A stretch of 64,000 nt of DNA, from assembly GCA_000934665.2 (NCBI GenBank), contig JYFJ02000454.1, forward strand, positions 62,001-126,000. The letters run 5' to 3'. How positions within the stretch are numbered: position 1 is the first letter of the stretch; each line of letters opens with the position of its first letter. Source of the stretch: Catajapyx aquilonaris (lineage: Eukaryota). The translations under genes were made by a program, and so were the position numbers. Positions 12,753 through 26,647 of the stretch are shown piece by piece. Below the pieces are notes generated by a model. That model ran no database searches, was not told where the DNA came from, and saw only the letters and a program-made list of their open reading frames with translations.

Positions 12753-13475
12753 TTCGCACAGTTGGAACCGAACAAATGGACTGCATAATATAGGGTGCAC
12801 ATTGGCCGATGCGTCTCACTCACCCCTACCGTGACAAGTGTCACCTGTACACACATAACCGAGCTTGTGTTGGCACAACATTTGCCTGGCAAACACAAAT
12901 GCAAACCCACACAATAACAAACCAAACCGCCATGCAATTGGATTCATGGGTTTAGGGGGAGAATCACAACGCAATAACTAATCGGTTGAAAATTTGGCCA
13001 AAAACTTTTCGAGTAAAAAAAAAATGAGACTAGGGCATGAACCGGAGCAAGGGCAGCCCAAAAATTGAAGACGATTGATGAATTATTGAACTGTGCGGGT
13101 CTGCAAACTAGGAATTGGTCTGTCAAAAATATAAACGTACGTTATCCAAGGTCAGTGTGAGGTTAGGCAGTTTTTAAAAAATTCATGCTCAAAAAACGCA
13201 CGACCCTGGGGCAAGTCATATGCTAACAACATTAGGTAACCAAGGTTTGTAGACACTCTAACTGTATTCGACACTAAATTACTCTAACGGTATGTCAGCA
13301 CAAATAGCGTTTCTAATATTAGCATGAACATTAGGCGCTTAATTGCAAATTTACACATTGGGCGTGACTAAATGCATTTTTTTAAACCAGCTTTTTTGTA
13401 ACCATACACAATAAGGTATGGGCCTCATTTATTTTCTCTCATAGTATCCGGTGTATATATCCGGGCTACCTAAGA

Positions 13476-13501
13476 ACCTAACCCACTTCCGGATTACTGA
13501 G
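13476..13501 (+). repeat. Companion interspersed motif, copy 2
   Basis: acctaacccacttccggattactgag is 24/26 identical to 10491-10516. Confidence 0.8.
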
Positions 13502-14296
13502 AGCAGGCTACTGCAACTTGGCACATGACGACTTAAGTGCCGCTGATTCAGGAAAAAGTCCGAAAACTGCATTCTTTTGAGTGTAAATACCCGGATTTTT
13601 ATGTTATGGCTACTTTATTTATTTATTTGTAAAAAAATTAGTTTCGAGACACATTACAAGTAGTCTACGCTGTGAATGTTGGTCAACAAAGAAGCTTTTG
13701 TCCAACCAATAGCTTGAGTGCCAAAAACGGATATTTCCGTCCAATCAGCTCGAAATCTCCCGTCACCGATAGATGGCGCCCGATGTCCAAAAACCCCCAG
13801 CACCTCCTCGGGGTGATGAATGGCCACGTCTATTACCTAGGACGTCCTAAATGGCAGGACCGGCAGCAGGCCCGACAGTTGGTTCCTCCCACCCCCCACC
13901 CACCCACCCAACTTCCCCAAGCTGGACGCTTCAACCTCCAGCTTGTCACAATTAGTTTGGTCAAATGGGACGAGCCAGGGATTTTCAGGTCTCAGAGTCA
14001 ACAGGCGCCATTGTTCTTACCTCCCTGGCTCTTGTCCTGCCAGAAGCAGACTCTTTTAGCAGGTTTCAACCAGATGGATGGTCGTCCCCAAGCTGGACGG
14101 ACCAAATGGGCAGTGGGGACGTGACAAATCAGGACTTCAGATTTACAGGTGTGCTGGGGTGTTTGGAAGGAACCGTTTTTTGGGGGGGACGGCCTCAAAG
14201 TTAGAACTGGTCCGATATATCCGAAAAACAATTGCAAAAACATGGCTTCAACTATTGCTTCAAGTTCTGCCTACATATTGCGCCCAAACTATCATT

Positions 14297-14315
14297 CCCC
14301 CCCCNNNNNNCCCCC
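14297..14315. other. Poly-C tract containing six undetermined bases (assembly uncertainty)
   Basis: C8-N6-C5. Single Ns also occur at 1853, 9848 and 54666, all in or next to homopolymers. Confidence 0.9.
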
Positions 14316-17300
14316 AATCTATACTTCACCGCAATATTAAACTTTCGTAAAGAATATTGCATTTGATATTTCACCTACATATTGTCAATTAAATAAATCG
14401 CCAAATATAATATTTCAAACTGTTAAAAATTACTGCTGGATCATTGTGCCTCATTGTGGTTCAAGCTAAACCAGGCCATCTTGGCCCAACCATGGATCAC
14501 TCCCTGCCCAAAATTCTTTTCACTCGTCCTGCTCCACAATGCTGCCAACCCCACTGTTGGCAACCCCCCTAGGTGTAGCTGGCGGCTTGGCCCGTCCCAT
14601 GCAAACACCTTCCAACAATAGTCCCAACAACCAGTCCAACATGGCAACCCCGATTTTCCCTCCCCTCACAGATTCTTAGCCCACGGGATGAAACCTTCCC
14701 AAAAGGTTCCTCTATAATACTTGCAAGGGGGGGAGGGGGGTGGGTTACCTTTATGAAACACCCCACCTCGCTTTTGATTCCTCCCCCCCCCCCCCCCGAA
14801 AACCAGGCCGCCAACGGGCCATTGTGCCATGTCAAATTACTATGGTCCACTATGAGGAAACCCCTGCGGTCCTTTCAAGCAAGGCCGGCTACATTTTCCT
14901 CCAAACAGACTCACAAACCCGGACCAGGTTGCCACTAACCTTACCCCTATTTTGAAAAAAAAAAAAAAAAAAAATCCAAAAAAATAAGAAGGGTCCTGTA
15001 ACGCTACTGTTAAATTTTTTTTGGGGGTTCAACAATTGGCTCCGGCGGTTCGGGTCATGATCGACAGGTGTGCTTGTAAACAGGGGGTTATTGTGCAGTT
15101 TGATCGTCGGATGAAGAAATCACGGCTTAGCTGGTTAAACCGTCACCCGCATATTACACGCCTAGTGCGTACCATTGTTGAATCATTGTTATGAAGCGCA
15201 CCAATCAGCCACATGTGCCCAAAAAATTTCTAACGGTGCCTACCATCTGCCATATAAGTAAACCACATATCCCCCTCTTCCTGTTTGCATATCCTGCAAA
15301 CGTGCCCTGTGTCAACCCCTAGCAACCTGGCAATTATTAGTACGCTTAATTACCCCCCGCCGAAAAAGCAGTTACCCAAACTGACCGGTATGCACGTGTG
15401 TGTACGTATATCTCCCTTGAAATTATACAAAGAGGGTTGGGCGCCCAGGAAAATAACAATGGATGTCTTCGCCATTAACAATTCACCATCTTCAACAGCA
15501 AAGTCGCATTCAGCCCGATCTCAATGAAGAGGAAACAAAAGACCAGGCTTTTCTCCCTCCCTCCCAAGCTTCCTGCACCTCTTTTCAAGCCCAGAAATTG
15601 CAAACAATTATGCAGCGACGATAATAAATCTTTCCGGAGGGGAAAACCGCATTTTTGGTGCGAAATGTAAGACTCACTAGATGGCGGGAGTTGTACTGTA
15701 ATTTGACCCGGATTCGTTCATTTATTTTTTTTCGTTTATTACTGAACGGTGTTTACACTGTCGGGTAGCTCATTTAGGATAAGGTGGTCAACAACAGATT
15801 ACGCTAATGACACTCTTAAGTTACTACCAATCGGTTATGGCGGAAGCAATAAGCGTACACATCTGCTAAGATACGACAATGTTTATTACAACGCAATTTC
15901 GGCTGCCTTATTACACTGCCACCTCGCACGCTATCTGCCCACTAACCAAAATTTATGGAAAACTACCACACATTTAAAACCAGTTCCAGTTAATATCTTC
16001 ATTTCGCCATGTTCACTGACCAAAAACCGACAGATGTTTCGTTCCCCCTTGTATGTTTCGTCCCCCTATGCGAAAGACTGACAACATTGGCGACCTGATC
16101 AAGGCCATGGCCCAAGCCGTGACTGCACCCCCCATTTGCACAAAAAGGACAGGGGTAATCACACCGATTCCGTGCGCGATGCTCCGGTACACCCCCCGTG
16201 GTAAAATCCACGATGGCATTTCTTGCTTCGAGGTCGCTCAACCTGGTAGTAAGTACGGGGGTCCAATAATGCATGTGTATTTTTTTTCGAAACAAAAATC
16301 GAGCCCTTTGTAAACCCCCGGTTCCTAATACCGGGTTCTTCCTTTGTCTGGAGGTGGTTTTAGCTCCGGAGTTAGCCTCAAAGACATCAAAGCCGTCCAT
16401 CGTTAGGATCCGGAGGCGGAGGAAAAAAACCGGACCGCAGCAAAGGCCCGGGTAATGAAACAGCGGATTTTTCTTGTGGTCAAGCACTTCCGATCTAGGA
16501 TAGAGCTACAGTAGCGCAGTTTTCAAATAATTATGTCACGACGAAATGGTCAGTCTTCAAGGTTCTTCGGCGAATGTACGACCCCGGCCATGAACTTTTT
16601 TATATAAAAAAAACAGGACCGCAAGATGGTAGCACCCAGTGTTGTCCCAAAAATGCGACCGGTCCAGATGGTCCTAAAATTCCAAGCCCCTAAAAACCTG
16701 CCAACTCACATCTGCTTTTAGCTCTCTTTTCACCTGCCCAGGAGGGGCCCCCCCGAACTCAAATTTGTCAAGAAAAGGGTCGACACCTATTCATACCTAT
16801 TTTAGCGCCCAACAATCGAAACCCAGTAGGAAGCACGTCCTTCAAGAAAGTAACCTACTTGCTGACGGTCACATTGTTTCAAGGCTCCACTTTTCTGAGC
16901 AAGAATCAACCCGAATTTTCTGACAAAGAATCAATCCGGATTTTTCTTTGTTTCGCGCCGCTTTTCATTCCCGAATTTGTTATGCCGCTTCTTGCGCGGT
17001 TACGTCTTCTCCCAAGAGGTCATCCGCCTCTTCGGCCATGTTTGAAGGTGGGCTGAGCAACTGGCGGAACAAGTCCAAACCGGGGGAGCAGCACAGGTTG
17101 CAACATGTACACACATTGTTGTGGTTCACAATATACGTACCTCTATGTCCTAATTCTCCGTAACTGTCGTACTTGCAATAACCAGCACACACTCACTTAT
17201 TGTTATATGTTTGTTTTTTTTCGTTCAAATATGATTTACCGCGGGAGAGAAAGCACCACGATCCGTACACACTGGCTCTGGACGACTCACTGCGCGGATT

Positions 17301-18385
17301 TTGGAAGAGGAGCGGCCCAATTCGGCCGCTGTCTGGGCACCGGCGCTGGTGGACTTGCGCGATGCAAGTTGCGCTGTGGAAACACCCGCATTTTGGACTC
17401 CTCCACTACCCACTGGACACCTGAGGTTGCAAATGTATGCGACGGAAAATGTGCGTCATGGCGATAAAGCGATGATGGGGATGGATTATTCAAACAATTC
17501 GGATTGATTGCCCCCCCACCCGTCGGATGGGTGTAGTTACAGCGGGGGTGTATAAATATTATTGCGAAATGCAACAATAATCCAATATTAATCGGTTGGC
17601 GAGCGCGGGTGGGGAGCGACCAATTTCAAGTGTTATTAAACCTTCATCGCTCGTTAACCGCCTTTCAATACTTGATTTGCATAATAACAATGTACTACAC
17701 TGTACTTTGGGTGAATGTACACTCATGAATAAGAATAATTGGTTAACATATATGGGGGGGGGGGGGGTTAGCCACAATTGTGGGGGCCATTCACGCGCCT
17801 GTTTGTTGCTATGTTTAAAGTAACTTCATTATGCTGCCCCTTTTTTGCATTTAATAGCTCAGACGTGTTGGGCATAGATTAAAATTATTAGCATGGCAGA
17901 TCGTAATAACCGGTACAGCATTATCACAACTCGCATTGTCTTACTACGAATTGACCTCATGAATATGTCACATTTTGGTAGACTCTGTACAATAAAGTAA
18001 GTTGATTAATGAAATTTTGCAACCAGAAAAAAGACATACAGACAGAGAAAAATAAGTAGACAATCAAACAAACAATAAACAAATGAACGAAATAAATAAG
18101 TAAATAATATTGACCTTTCAGAATTGTTACTTTGGACGATACTTTTTAGTAATTCTACGACTTAATATTAGTATCATCAGTGTTAAGGTCAGTTAGGAAA
18201 TAAATGCGGGTGGTAAAAGATAATCAAAATCAGGTCGATGGAGTTTGGGGGGAAAACCTCCGCGAGACTTTCCTCGCCATCTTTCCAACTTCACTAACCA
18301 ACTTTTTGGAGGCGGCTCCGCAGAATTGAGCCAGTTTTCCTAATAAATTTCACATCAGGAGGAGAGCGAGAGAAGAAGGAGGTTG

Positions 18386-18406
18386 GAAGAAGAAGAAGAA
18401 GAAGAA
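18386..18406. repeat. (GAA)7 microsatellite
   Basis: Read directly; lies in a purine-rich tract starting near 18357. Confidence 0.9.
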
Positions 18407-19257
18407 AAAAGAGTCGATTCCCTACAGGGAAACTTTTCCTTGAGATTCGTCATCATTCCTCCCGGATTTCTGAAACGACTCTGGTGACCCTGGATTCAAT
18501 TTTTTTTACATAACATTTCTTTAGGAACAGCCAAATTTTAATGATATATTAACCCTGTATTTTTCAACCGCTTGCCAAAACTACACGAGTTCATTTCAGA
18601 ACCTGACAATCGCTGTCATAACAAATGGATCCTCCAAGAAAGGACTGACACAGAAAAGTCAAAGTTCACACTGTAAATATATAACCAGCCCGAAAATTTA
18701 TAGCCGTCAAAAAAATATCCTTTTGTTCCTTTAGATGGAGGAAATCTTTGTAATATATTTCCCCTTTCCAGCCGCCATTTCTGAGTTTTCATGCAGCATC
18801 GACCTTCTTTTATGCGCCGCGCACTTGCCGATAAATACTCTGCCGGGAGAATACGTTTGTCCCCTCAAGTATCCATCAATGTCTCGAGTTGCAGGTGGTG
18901 TCTCTAGACTTGTTCCGGGAAAATTACACCAAGCTCTGGGAAAACTACATTTCGCTGCACTCTTCAAATACGAAAAAAAACACTCTTCCTTCAACTCCAG
19001 TCCGTGGGTGGTGGTATAGATTTTCTCAATGAATATTCAGGTTTAGTGCTATGAATACGAGATGAGATTTTTTCTGCCCTCTTTCACAGGCGGAAGTGTT
19101 TTTTTCCGTCTCTGAAAAGTCAACAATGATGCAAATGTCACGCCGTTTTTGCTTACCAGAATGTGCAGTGTGGTGGATGAGCGAAAATTCGCGAATTTTA
19201 AGGCTGCTGATTAATGCATTATGTGCCAGTTCTAGTTATACAAATGCTGGTGTGTAT

Positions 19258-19264
19258 AATAATG

Positions 19265-19323
<59 letters not shown>
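19258..19323. repeat. (AAT)22 microsatellite with one GAT interruption
   Basis: Read directly; produces the poly-Asn of ORF 19096..19338. Confidence 0.97.
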
Positions 19324-20979
19324 TTAATTGTAGTATAATAATCAGCTGTTTCCGTAGTTTTAATATGTGCTTTGAGCCACGCAATTGAATAGCCAACTAC
19401 GTATTAATCCAACATTTAATCCGCCTTGCAGCCTGAATCCTCTGAAATCCACCAAATCCGATGCTGGCCAAAGTTAAATGTATGGGTTGTAAAGGCACGA
19501 GGTACCAATTAAATGTTAATATTTTAATCTACTTTTATCCGTGGGTACCTGGGCCTGAAACACAACAATCGACTGGCTTTGCTGGCCATGTAAGTTACCG
19601 GTACATTACAGGTTCAGGTTGCCCGTGCGCCGTGGCACTTCGTTGTAATTAGTATTTGATATCATTGCATCAATTAGATTAAATAATGTCATTCCATTCC
19701 GCGTAATGATATTTCCATTACCGCTGGTAATGTGTCAGTTTTCAGTTAAAATAATGGCATTATGCTCCAGGAATTTAAAACGCGTCCGGGTTGTTAAAGG
19801 CAACAATATTGATGGCCCGGGCCCACTGTTTCACATTATTGAATCGTGAGGCTGTGACAGGCCTTAATATGTAATCCAAGCGCATGTATCGAATCACTTT
19901 GCCTTCATCTTATCCTTTTCACCCCCATGGGGGGAAGGGGGGATGGAGAGAGGGGGGGGTTTTACTTCCATGTGCAGCATTACCCCCTCGACTCTAGACA
20001 AAAGCTAATTAATTCCATTTGAGACTCAGTTTAATGCAGCACCCACTGAAAAGCGCCCGATGGAACTTGAGCACCGGAAGTTGTGCGGGGGAATTTTGCA
20101 TATTGATTGGTCCCAACCTGGAAGCTAAAGTCCCATTTTGAATAATTTCATTTGAAAATAAATAATAACAATTAGTAAGAAATGCATTTGAAATTAATTT
20201 TCGATAGGATATATCGATTATCGATATTAAATTTGAGACTACAGATGCATGAAAGGTTCACCCGGTAGCAACAATGTTTGACAAGTGTAAATTGCTCCGA
20301 AAATGGCACCGGCAATAAAGAACCGGGTGATCTAGTTTGAGAGTGACGCCCCGCATCAAATGACTTCATTAACTCTTCATCAAAAAGCGGGGGTCAACTC
20401 TGGTCCTGGCGTTTATTTATGGCTAGGCCCAGGTAGAATTATAGCTTTGGAGAAAGGTGCAATGAAACAATCCCTCTGCATCAGCCTCCATCCAGCCAAA
20501 CATTGATGCAGCATCCAAAACCGGTCGTGAATCTGCGCATCACTTGGGGGTTTTATCATCCGGTCAACCTGATCAGTTTTTCCCAAACTTATGGTGGGGG
20601 GGTGCTGCATAGGGCGGGCTCATGGGAGGTCACGTCGGGGTCACAGAATTAGCCTGTATCGAGCGACGACATCAACCAACAGCAACCATACGTACAGGAC
20701 GTGAGCAATCTTTCTGCTTATGCCATCCATTGTGTTCCGGGGCCCCGAACTATTTAAATTACCGATAATTACAAGGCGATTCGTGGGGATGGCTTATTGG
20801 TTCGGCGGACCCTCCATGGAGTCATGAAGTCGGGACATGGCTTAGGGCTTAGAAGAAAATGCGGAAATAAAATTTGGCGGTGCAGGTACTATTCAGGTAA
20901 TTATTGCTTTAATGTTAATTTTTGTGGTTAGTAGTAGCCCATTTTTTTTGATGTGTCGACACTTATGTGAGGCCTAGTC

Positions 20980-21037
20980 CACGTGCGCATGCGCCTATCA
21001 TCACCCTGCCACATTAGCTCCATCTGGTGGGCGGGAA
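20980..21037. promoter_or_regulatory. Cluster of E-box, NRF1-like, CTCF-like and E2F-like motifs
   Basis: CACGTG 20980-85; TGCGCATGCGC 20984-94; minus-strand GCCCACCAGATGGAGCT 21016-32; GGCGGGAA 21030-37. Motif matches only, no functional evidence. Confidence 0.3.
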
Positions 21038-24000
21038 GCAAATCAACACAAAGGGGTCACACGCGTCCCAGCCCTAATGAAAACCGACGCACCGCGTTTT
21101 CCCCCCTGCCTGTTTCCAGCTCCAGTTTCCAATAACCGCCGCTGCTAATTGAAAATGGGCCGTATCCCACTGGACTCTAAATCATTACTTGGCATCCATA
21201 TTCCACCCCGGCACTTCAAGGGACTTGCCCCCGAAAAACCCGGACCTGCCGCCATTAATAGCTTATATCGCCTCAGAACAACCAGAACTGGAGAGGAATT
21301 CCCCTAGTTCCGGTGATTTATCCTACATTCCAAGCACAGTTTTTCCTTCTCACCTATTCTGACTGGCTGGGAAACCGAACATTCCAAACCTGCTCAGGAG
21401 GATCTCTGGCTCTAACTCGCTTAAAAATAAACACAGCTCCGTGGAGATTGGGGCAGAAGCTTGAAGGACCACCTGGCTTGAGGTCTTTTCACAGAATCTT
21501 CCACTCACAGGGGGCCATCACATTTTTTGGGGGTAAAATTCTGGACGTGTCTTGTAAAACCAAGAGTAATCAGGAATTTTTCTCATTTCAAATATTGCCA
21601 GAAAAAAAAATCAAGAATATTTCATGAAAAAATTCTTGAAATCGTATTTCCATGTGGAATTGATGCAAATTTGAGTCTCTGTGGAAACATGTGGAGGTTC
21701 CATATTGCGGTACTTATTATCGAGCATGATTCACCGCGTGGTTGAAGCAGAGGATGAGTCAATGAAATCCCTGTAGCGGAAGGGGAGAATGGCTCTTTTA
21801 AAAAAAGAGTTAAAAATCAGTCATAGCTAACAGACGCGAATTAATGAGCCGCCATTGTGGACGGTGAACAACAAGTGCGGAGTTTTACGGCGGGAAAATA
21901 TAACGGGAACGCTATCAGCGTGTGGGTAGGACTAACTGTATTAGGACTTTGGGAAATACCTGTGAATTCGATCGAACCCCACCCTATGACCATCACACAC
22001 CTACCCCTTCCATAGAAAAAAAATACTCGAAGCCAAGGGGACAATAAAAGAGAAGCAATAAGGCTAGCATCTGATAGGATGGAAGGCCCAGGACATTATG
22101 CCGATTGTGGTATGGTAATGAACAGGTCCGGGTACTTTTTTATACTATTCGGATACTGGCCCCAAGTGGGTCTTCATCCATAAGGCGGGGCACTTTTGGG
22201 GGGATCAGAAGTAAGGACCACACCTGGACCAAGTTGCACGGAGGAGGATTACACCTTGAGGCGCTATCTGCACTTGATTTTTTTTTGTGATTCACAATCG
22301 TACTATGAAGCACTTCCGCTAATGATTTAATTTAGGCGCAATATTAATAATTAATATAAAATGCATCATAAATTTGGGAATAAATTTTTATTGCGAATAA
22401 ATTTATCGCGAACAATTATTTTTGGAGTCAGGACAGGTCATATAGAATCGACCAGAAATATTGCCAGATAGTTTTTTACTTGACTATATAGAGATGGTGG
22501 TGGCGGGGTGTGGCAAAAACCCGTGCGATGACAATCGGGTGGCATTGCCAAGAGTGGCGTTGAAAATAGAATGTTGAAGTGAGGCCTCAGCAAGCCACTG
22601 GCGCCATTTGCAGAACAGGTCGCGGTGTAGGTTTTTTTATGATGGTTTGCGATAACCGTGCAAAATTACAGTCACAGGCTACTCTGACAGCATTGCTATA
22701 ATGCATTCTCCTTGGCACCAGGTTGCGAGCACTCGCCTTCAAAACATTTGCTTTGGAATTTTTATTTATGACGACCAAGAAAGTCATCGCACATTTTGTG
22801 ACAAATGAGTCCTACCAATGAGGGAAAAGTGACGCTATTTGCAAATTTTGACGCATTTTGACAAGTCACAATATTCCGCCAGTAATATTAGCATGTAATG
22901 AGATTGCTCTATACTTGTCAATGTACTGTACTGTTACTCAGCATACCCATCGCATGACGTAAGCCATAAACACGTGTCTATACCTACAATGCCCCCTATT
23001 ATAAAACACCAAAATGGTATAGAGCACCCCCTCCCCCCCCCCCCCCGAACCGGAGCAAGCATCAGTTCGCACGGGGCCAAATTAAACCCAATTAGTTGAA
23101 CTGGTTGTACCGGATCGCCTGCGAAACCAAATCGTTTCATCCATAAATCACGCAATTATGGAGAAAATATTCTTTCTCCCCCACGACTTCCCAAGATTTG
23201 CTCGTAAAGATAACTCTCCCCCTCCACCAAACCAGACCATGGACCCCCAACTTGTGGGAAATATCCGGATAAGGATACCGATGGAGGCCAAGGGGAGAGA
23301 TGATGGTGGTATAGCTGGGGCCCCCAAATTGCACAAAGTTTGAGAATCGTAATTACATTATTAGTTAGGTGAAGAAATTAATCATTTGGGTGGAGTAAAT
23401 ACCTCTTCCTCGAACCATACGATAAGAGGTTCCCCGGATTTTTTTTTTCATCCCATCTCCCTCACCTGATGACCTATGCCAATGAAATTATCTCCTGAAA
23501 GTCCGTCATTAGCCGAAGAATTATACCTCCAAAATGGCGCGTCCGTGACCCGAACAGGTCAAATCCATGAAGCCCCAGCAATTTGCAAATCTCGCCCAGC
23601 CTCATACAACAATCCACGCCATACATCATATGGAGACGTAACTTTTGTCGTTATCGTATTCCCTTGATCGAAACCGATAATCGCACTCATCTCGAAACAG
23701 CTTCTGGCAGCGTAGAGTGAATAAACGAGCAGCTTTTGGAAAATTGAACGGTGGTCCCTGAAAGAGCAGGCATAACCGGAGCAATGCTGCTTGACGCGTT
23801 CAGATATGGGCAATTTGTACCAGTGACAGGCTTCATTACACTATCGTTTTGTATCAACGAATGTCTAGTGGATGATCCTCATGAATCATCCGGGCTGGCA
23901 TTACGTCAAGCGTATAAATTACCTACTGTATGGAAATATTAATCTCTTTCAGGGAAGCAAAACGGGGAGGGTGGGAGTGGGGAGGGGGATCGGATTAGAG

Positions 24001-24087
24001 AGTTTATCCGGCGATCAAATATCAATCACGGCTATATCCGATCTCTTAATCAGGCGACAGTGTAGCATTGTCGCAGGGATTGCATCA

Positions 24088-24393
24088 CAGGGTGTTTTGT
24101 CATGAGTTGGACAAGTTTTTGAGATAAAAAAGTCAAGGTCGCACGAAGGACACATAACTGTTTATTTTAAATATTATAATTATGCGACAATTTCATTGAT
24201 GTCTTCTATTGTGATCTGTTACTGTCTTATATATGTCATACACTCGGCAAGACACTGAGATGTCCTCGTTTGAGTTAAAAGTAAACAAACAAAGAATTAC
24301 CACACATATCAACACGCAGTATTTTTATATTGAAGCGGATAATGTCGCTCCTCTAAATTGCACCGTTTGTTTGAGTCATTATGAAACACCCTG
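24088..24393. mobile_element. Putative non-autonomous Tc1/mariner-type MITE (CAGGGTG TIR), ~306 bp
   Basis: cacagggtgttt (24086-97) and aaacaccctgtg (24384-95) form a perfect 12-bp inverted repeat, extending to ~22/29. The interior is AT-rich and non-coding. Flanks are CA/TG rather than TA. Confidence 0.5.
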
Positions 24394-26538
24394 TGGATAA
24401 CTTTTACTTTCGCATTCACAATTTGGGATGCGATATTAAGATGTTATCCTTCTGTACGTATAAGGGGGGGTTGCGTAAGTGGCACATAATCGTGAGCCCT
24501 TTAGTCGTATCAGCACTTTCGTTGCTGTCGTTTCGGTGCAATAGGGATGATGATGAGAGTGATTTGATGCGAGTAGGGGAATGTTAGATACACTCGACCG
24601 ATTTTAGTTCCATCGCATTATTATTCCGACGACGCAGGGGAGTTGCCGCCATACCTTGCGACACACTCAGGGGCTTGCATTTACGAAAGGCAAGGAAATG
24701 TCTGAAAATTTGCCTGGAGAGTAAGTACTCCTTGAAATTGCAGGCTTGCAATTTTATACAAAATGCAAAGTGCAGCTATAAAATGAGGGTTTGTAGGCAC
24801 AGCCATGTTGTATTATTGGAACCTTTACGTTATAAAATACGGCACTAGAACCTGAAACGATTGCAATCTTTGCACCTTGAAATGGTAAATTATGCAGATT
24901 AAGTTTCACCATATATCTCCCGGACGTCAAGCCGAAGCAAAGTAACGTATAAATTGAAACGCTTCAGGAGAAACATTGCCCCGATTGGTTCAATATACAG
25001 TATGGTGCTGCAGTTCAGCAGGAGAGTTATGGTGAAGTTGGGAATGGTTTACTTTGCTTTTCTTTAAGTTACATGAACAATACTATGTCACCGCCTATGT
25101 TGATAAACAGCTTGTGTATTCCCCTACACAAACATCACGATGTGTCCATTTATATAGAGGACCCAAGTTGACACGCACAAACACATGACATCCAATGACC
25201 ATAACACCTGAAGCAACAAGGGACCTTCCTTTGAGCCAACAATTGTTTCACAGAACAAGCCCAGACTCTCTTTTCCAGGTACCCATCCTTCACACTTCAA
25301 CCCGCTTGCTCTACCCATTACTGCCCAATTACAAAATTACTAATTTCTTCCCAGAATCCCCGGCAGTTAATTCGCTGACATCAAAATTACAAGTTGCCAT
25401 TTTCTGAAATATCTGACCCCTTCCATATATGTAATACCAAGCCACGCTTATCATGGGAGGGCCACATCTGGCCCATCTCCAAGCATCGCCATTAAACTAT
25501 CAAGGGATAGATTTCCCCCCCTCCACAAACCGGATCAAGAGGAGGGCTAATAAAATAAACGCCTTCTGGACTCAACCACTGTTATAAACCTTTTGTATCC
25601 AACTACTCTCATGAATCAGCTCCGGATAACAAAAACACGGAGATGAATGTTCCTAATTTTTACGTGTCCGAATCCATTACGAAAGGGGCTGAACTTGACC
25701 TCTGGTGGTCAACTCGAGACCTGGCTCACGGGTGGTCACTATATGGTCACTCAACGGACCCACCGGACCGCGCCCTTTCGCCGAAAGTCTTTTGAACGGC
25801 CAATGCCGGATGAAAAGGGAGGGCGGCACATGCAGGCATGCAGAACCGTATAGTTGTGCCGTAAGCTTATTTAATGAGTGGCCAATTATTAATAAATAGC
25901 AGCCGGTGGCGGTCGCGTTAATCAATGGAGAGCGAGAGAGGGGGGTTGGGCTTAATAGGTGGAACCGGAACATGCAAATAAAGTCCGACACAGGACATGT
26001 GTTTGAATTTTTGCGAATATTTTCGGCAAAATTATTGCCCTTTATATACTTGACATTGCGACTAAGTCAAGCTATAGAAGTCCTTCAACTAAACTTTCCT
26101 GAACACAAATGCCATTCGACGAAACTTTACTACAGTTACATAATACAGTGTTGACGTCATCACAAAGTTAGCAGTTGCAACAGCAGACCATTCAATGTTT
26201 TAAAAGTCTAAGCATCGATTTTGTTTCCGAAAGTACAGTGCAACCTTGTCGAAATAAACCTCGTAAAATTAACGCCCAAGCAGATTTTAGTTTCATGCGC
26301 GGAAAATCCGAAAGTTACTCGGATTATATGATCGTTTGGGAGGAAAAGGAATACGCCTCCAGCTCCACGTTTTATGGAAGCCTCCGGGATAAGTGGAAAG
26401 TTCTGTCATATGTACACTCCAGCCCAGTTCTACGAAAGTTGGGGACCGGATGAAGAAAAAGTTTGTTTGTCCATTCCCCGCTTCTAATCAAATAACATTA
26501 TGACTTTAGTAAGTACCGTTAAAAATCTGCTGCATGTA

Positions 26539-26647
26539 CAGGGTGACACATTGTCCAACTTTATCATCAATTCGCCTTTTTGGAGTTCATTTTTTTTTGT
26601 GCAAAATGTGGGTTGGCTCATTGTTGCAATTACAGTGCCACACCCTG
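26539..26647. mobile_element. Putative Tc1/mariner-type MITE, 109 bp, TA-flanked
   Basis: TA|CAGGGTG...CACCCTG|TA with an 11-bp perfect inverted repeat (tgtacagggtg / caccctgtaca). TA duplication with CAG termini is typical of Tc1/mariner. Confidence 0.55.

Noticed and set aside
17240..17507. GC-rich exon-like segment after a pyrimidine tract
   Set aside because: There is no well-placed AG acceptor, and all three frames give unrecognisable peptides.
19096..19338. Poly-Asn ORF
   Set aside because: It is the translation of the (AAT)n microsatellite.
23730..23945. Gypsy integrase H2C2-like remnant (SFWKIE...HE/HPG...VW)
   Set aside because: It needs several frameshifts and only a few residues match; too weak without a search.
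24393..24400. DnaA-box-like TGTGGATAA (also at ~29349)
   Set aside because: The context is eukaryotic and there is no origin-like box cluster; treated as part of a repeat end.
24952..25172. Open frame containing GLLCFSLSY resembling a C2-domain strand
   Set aside because: The similarity is limited to one short motif, with no splice support.
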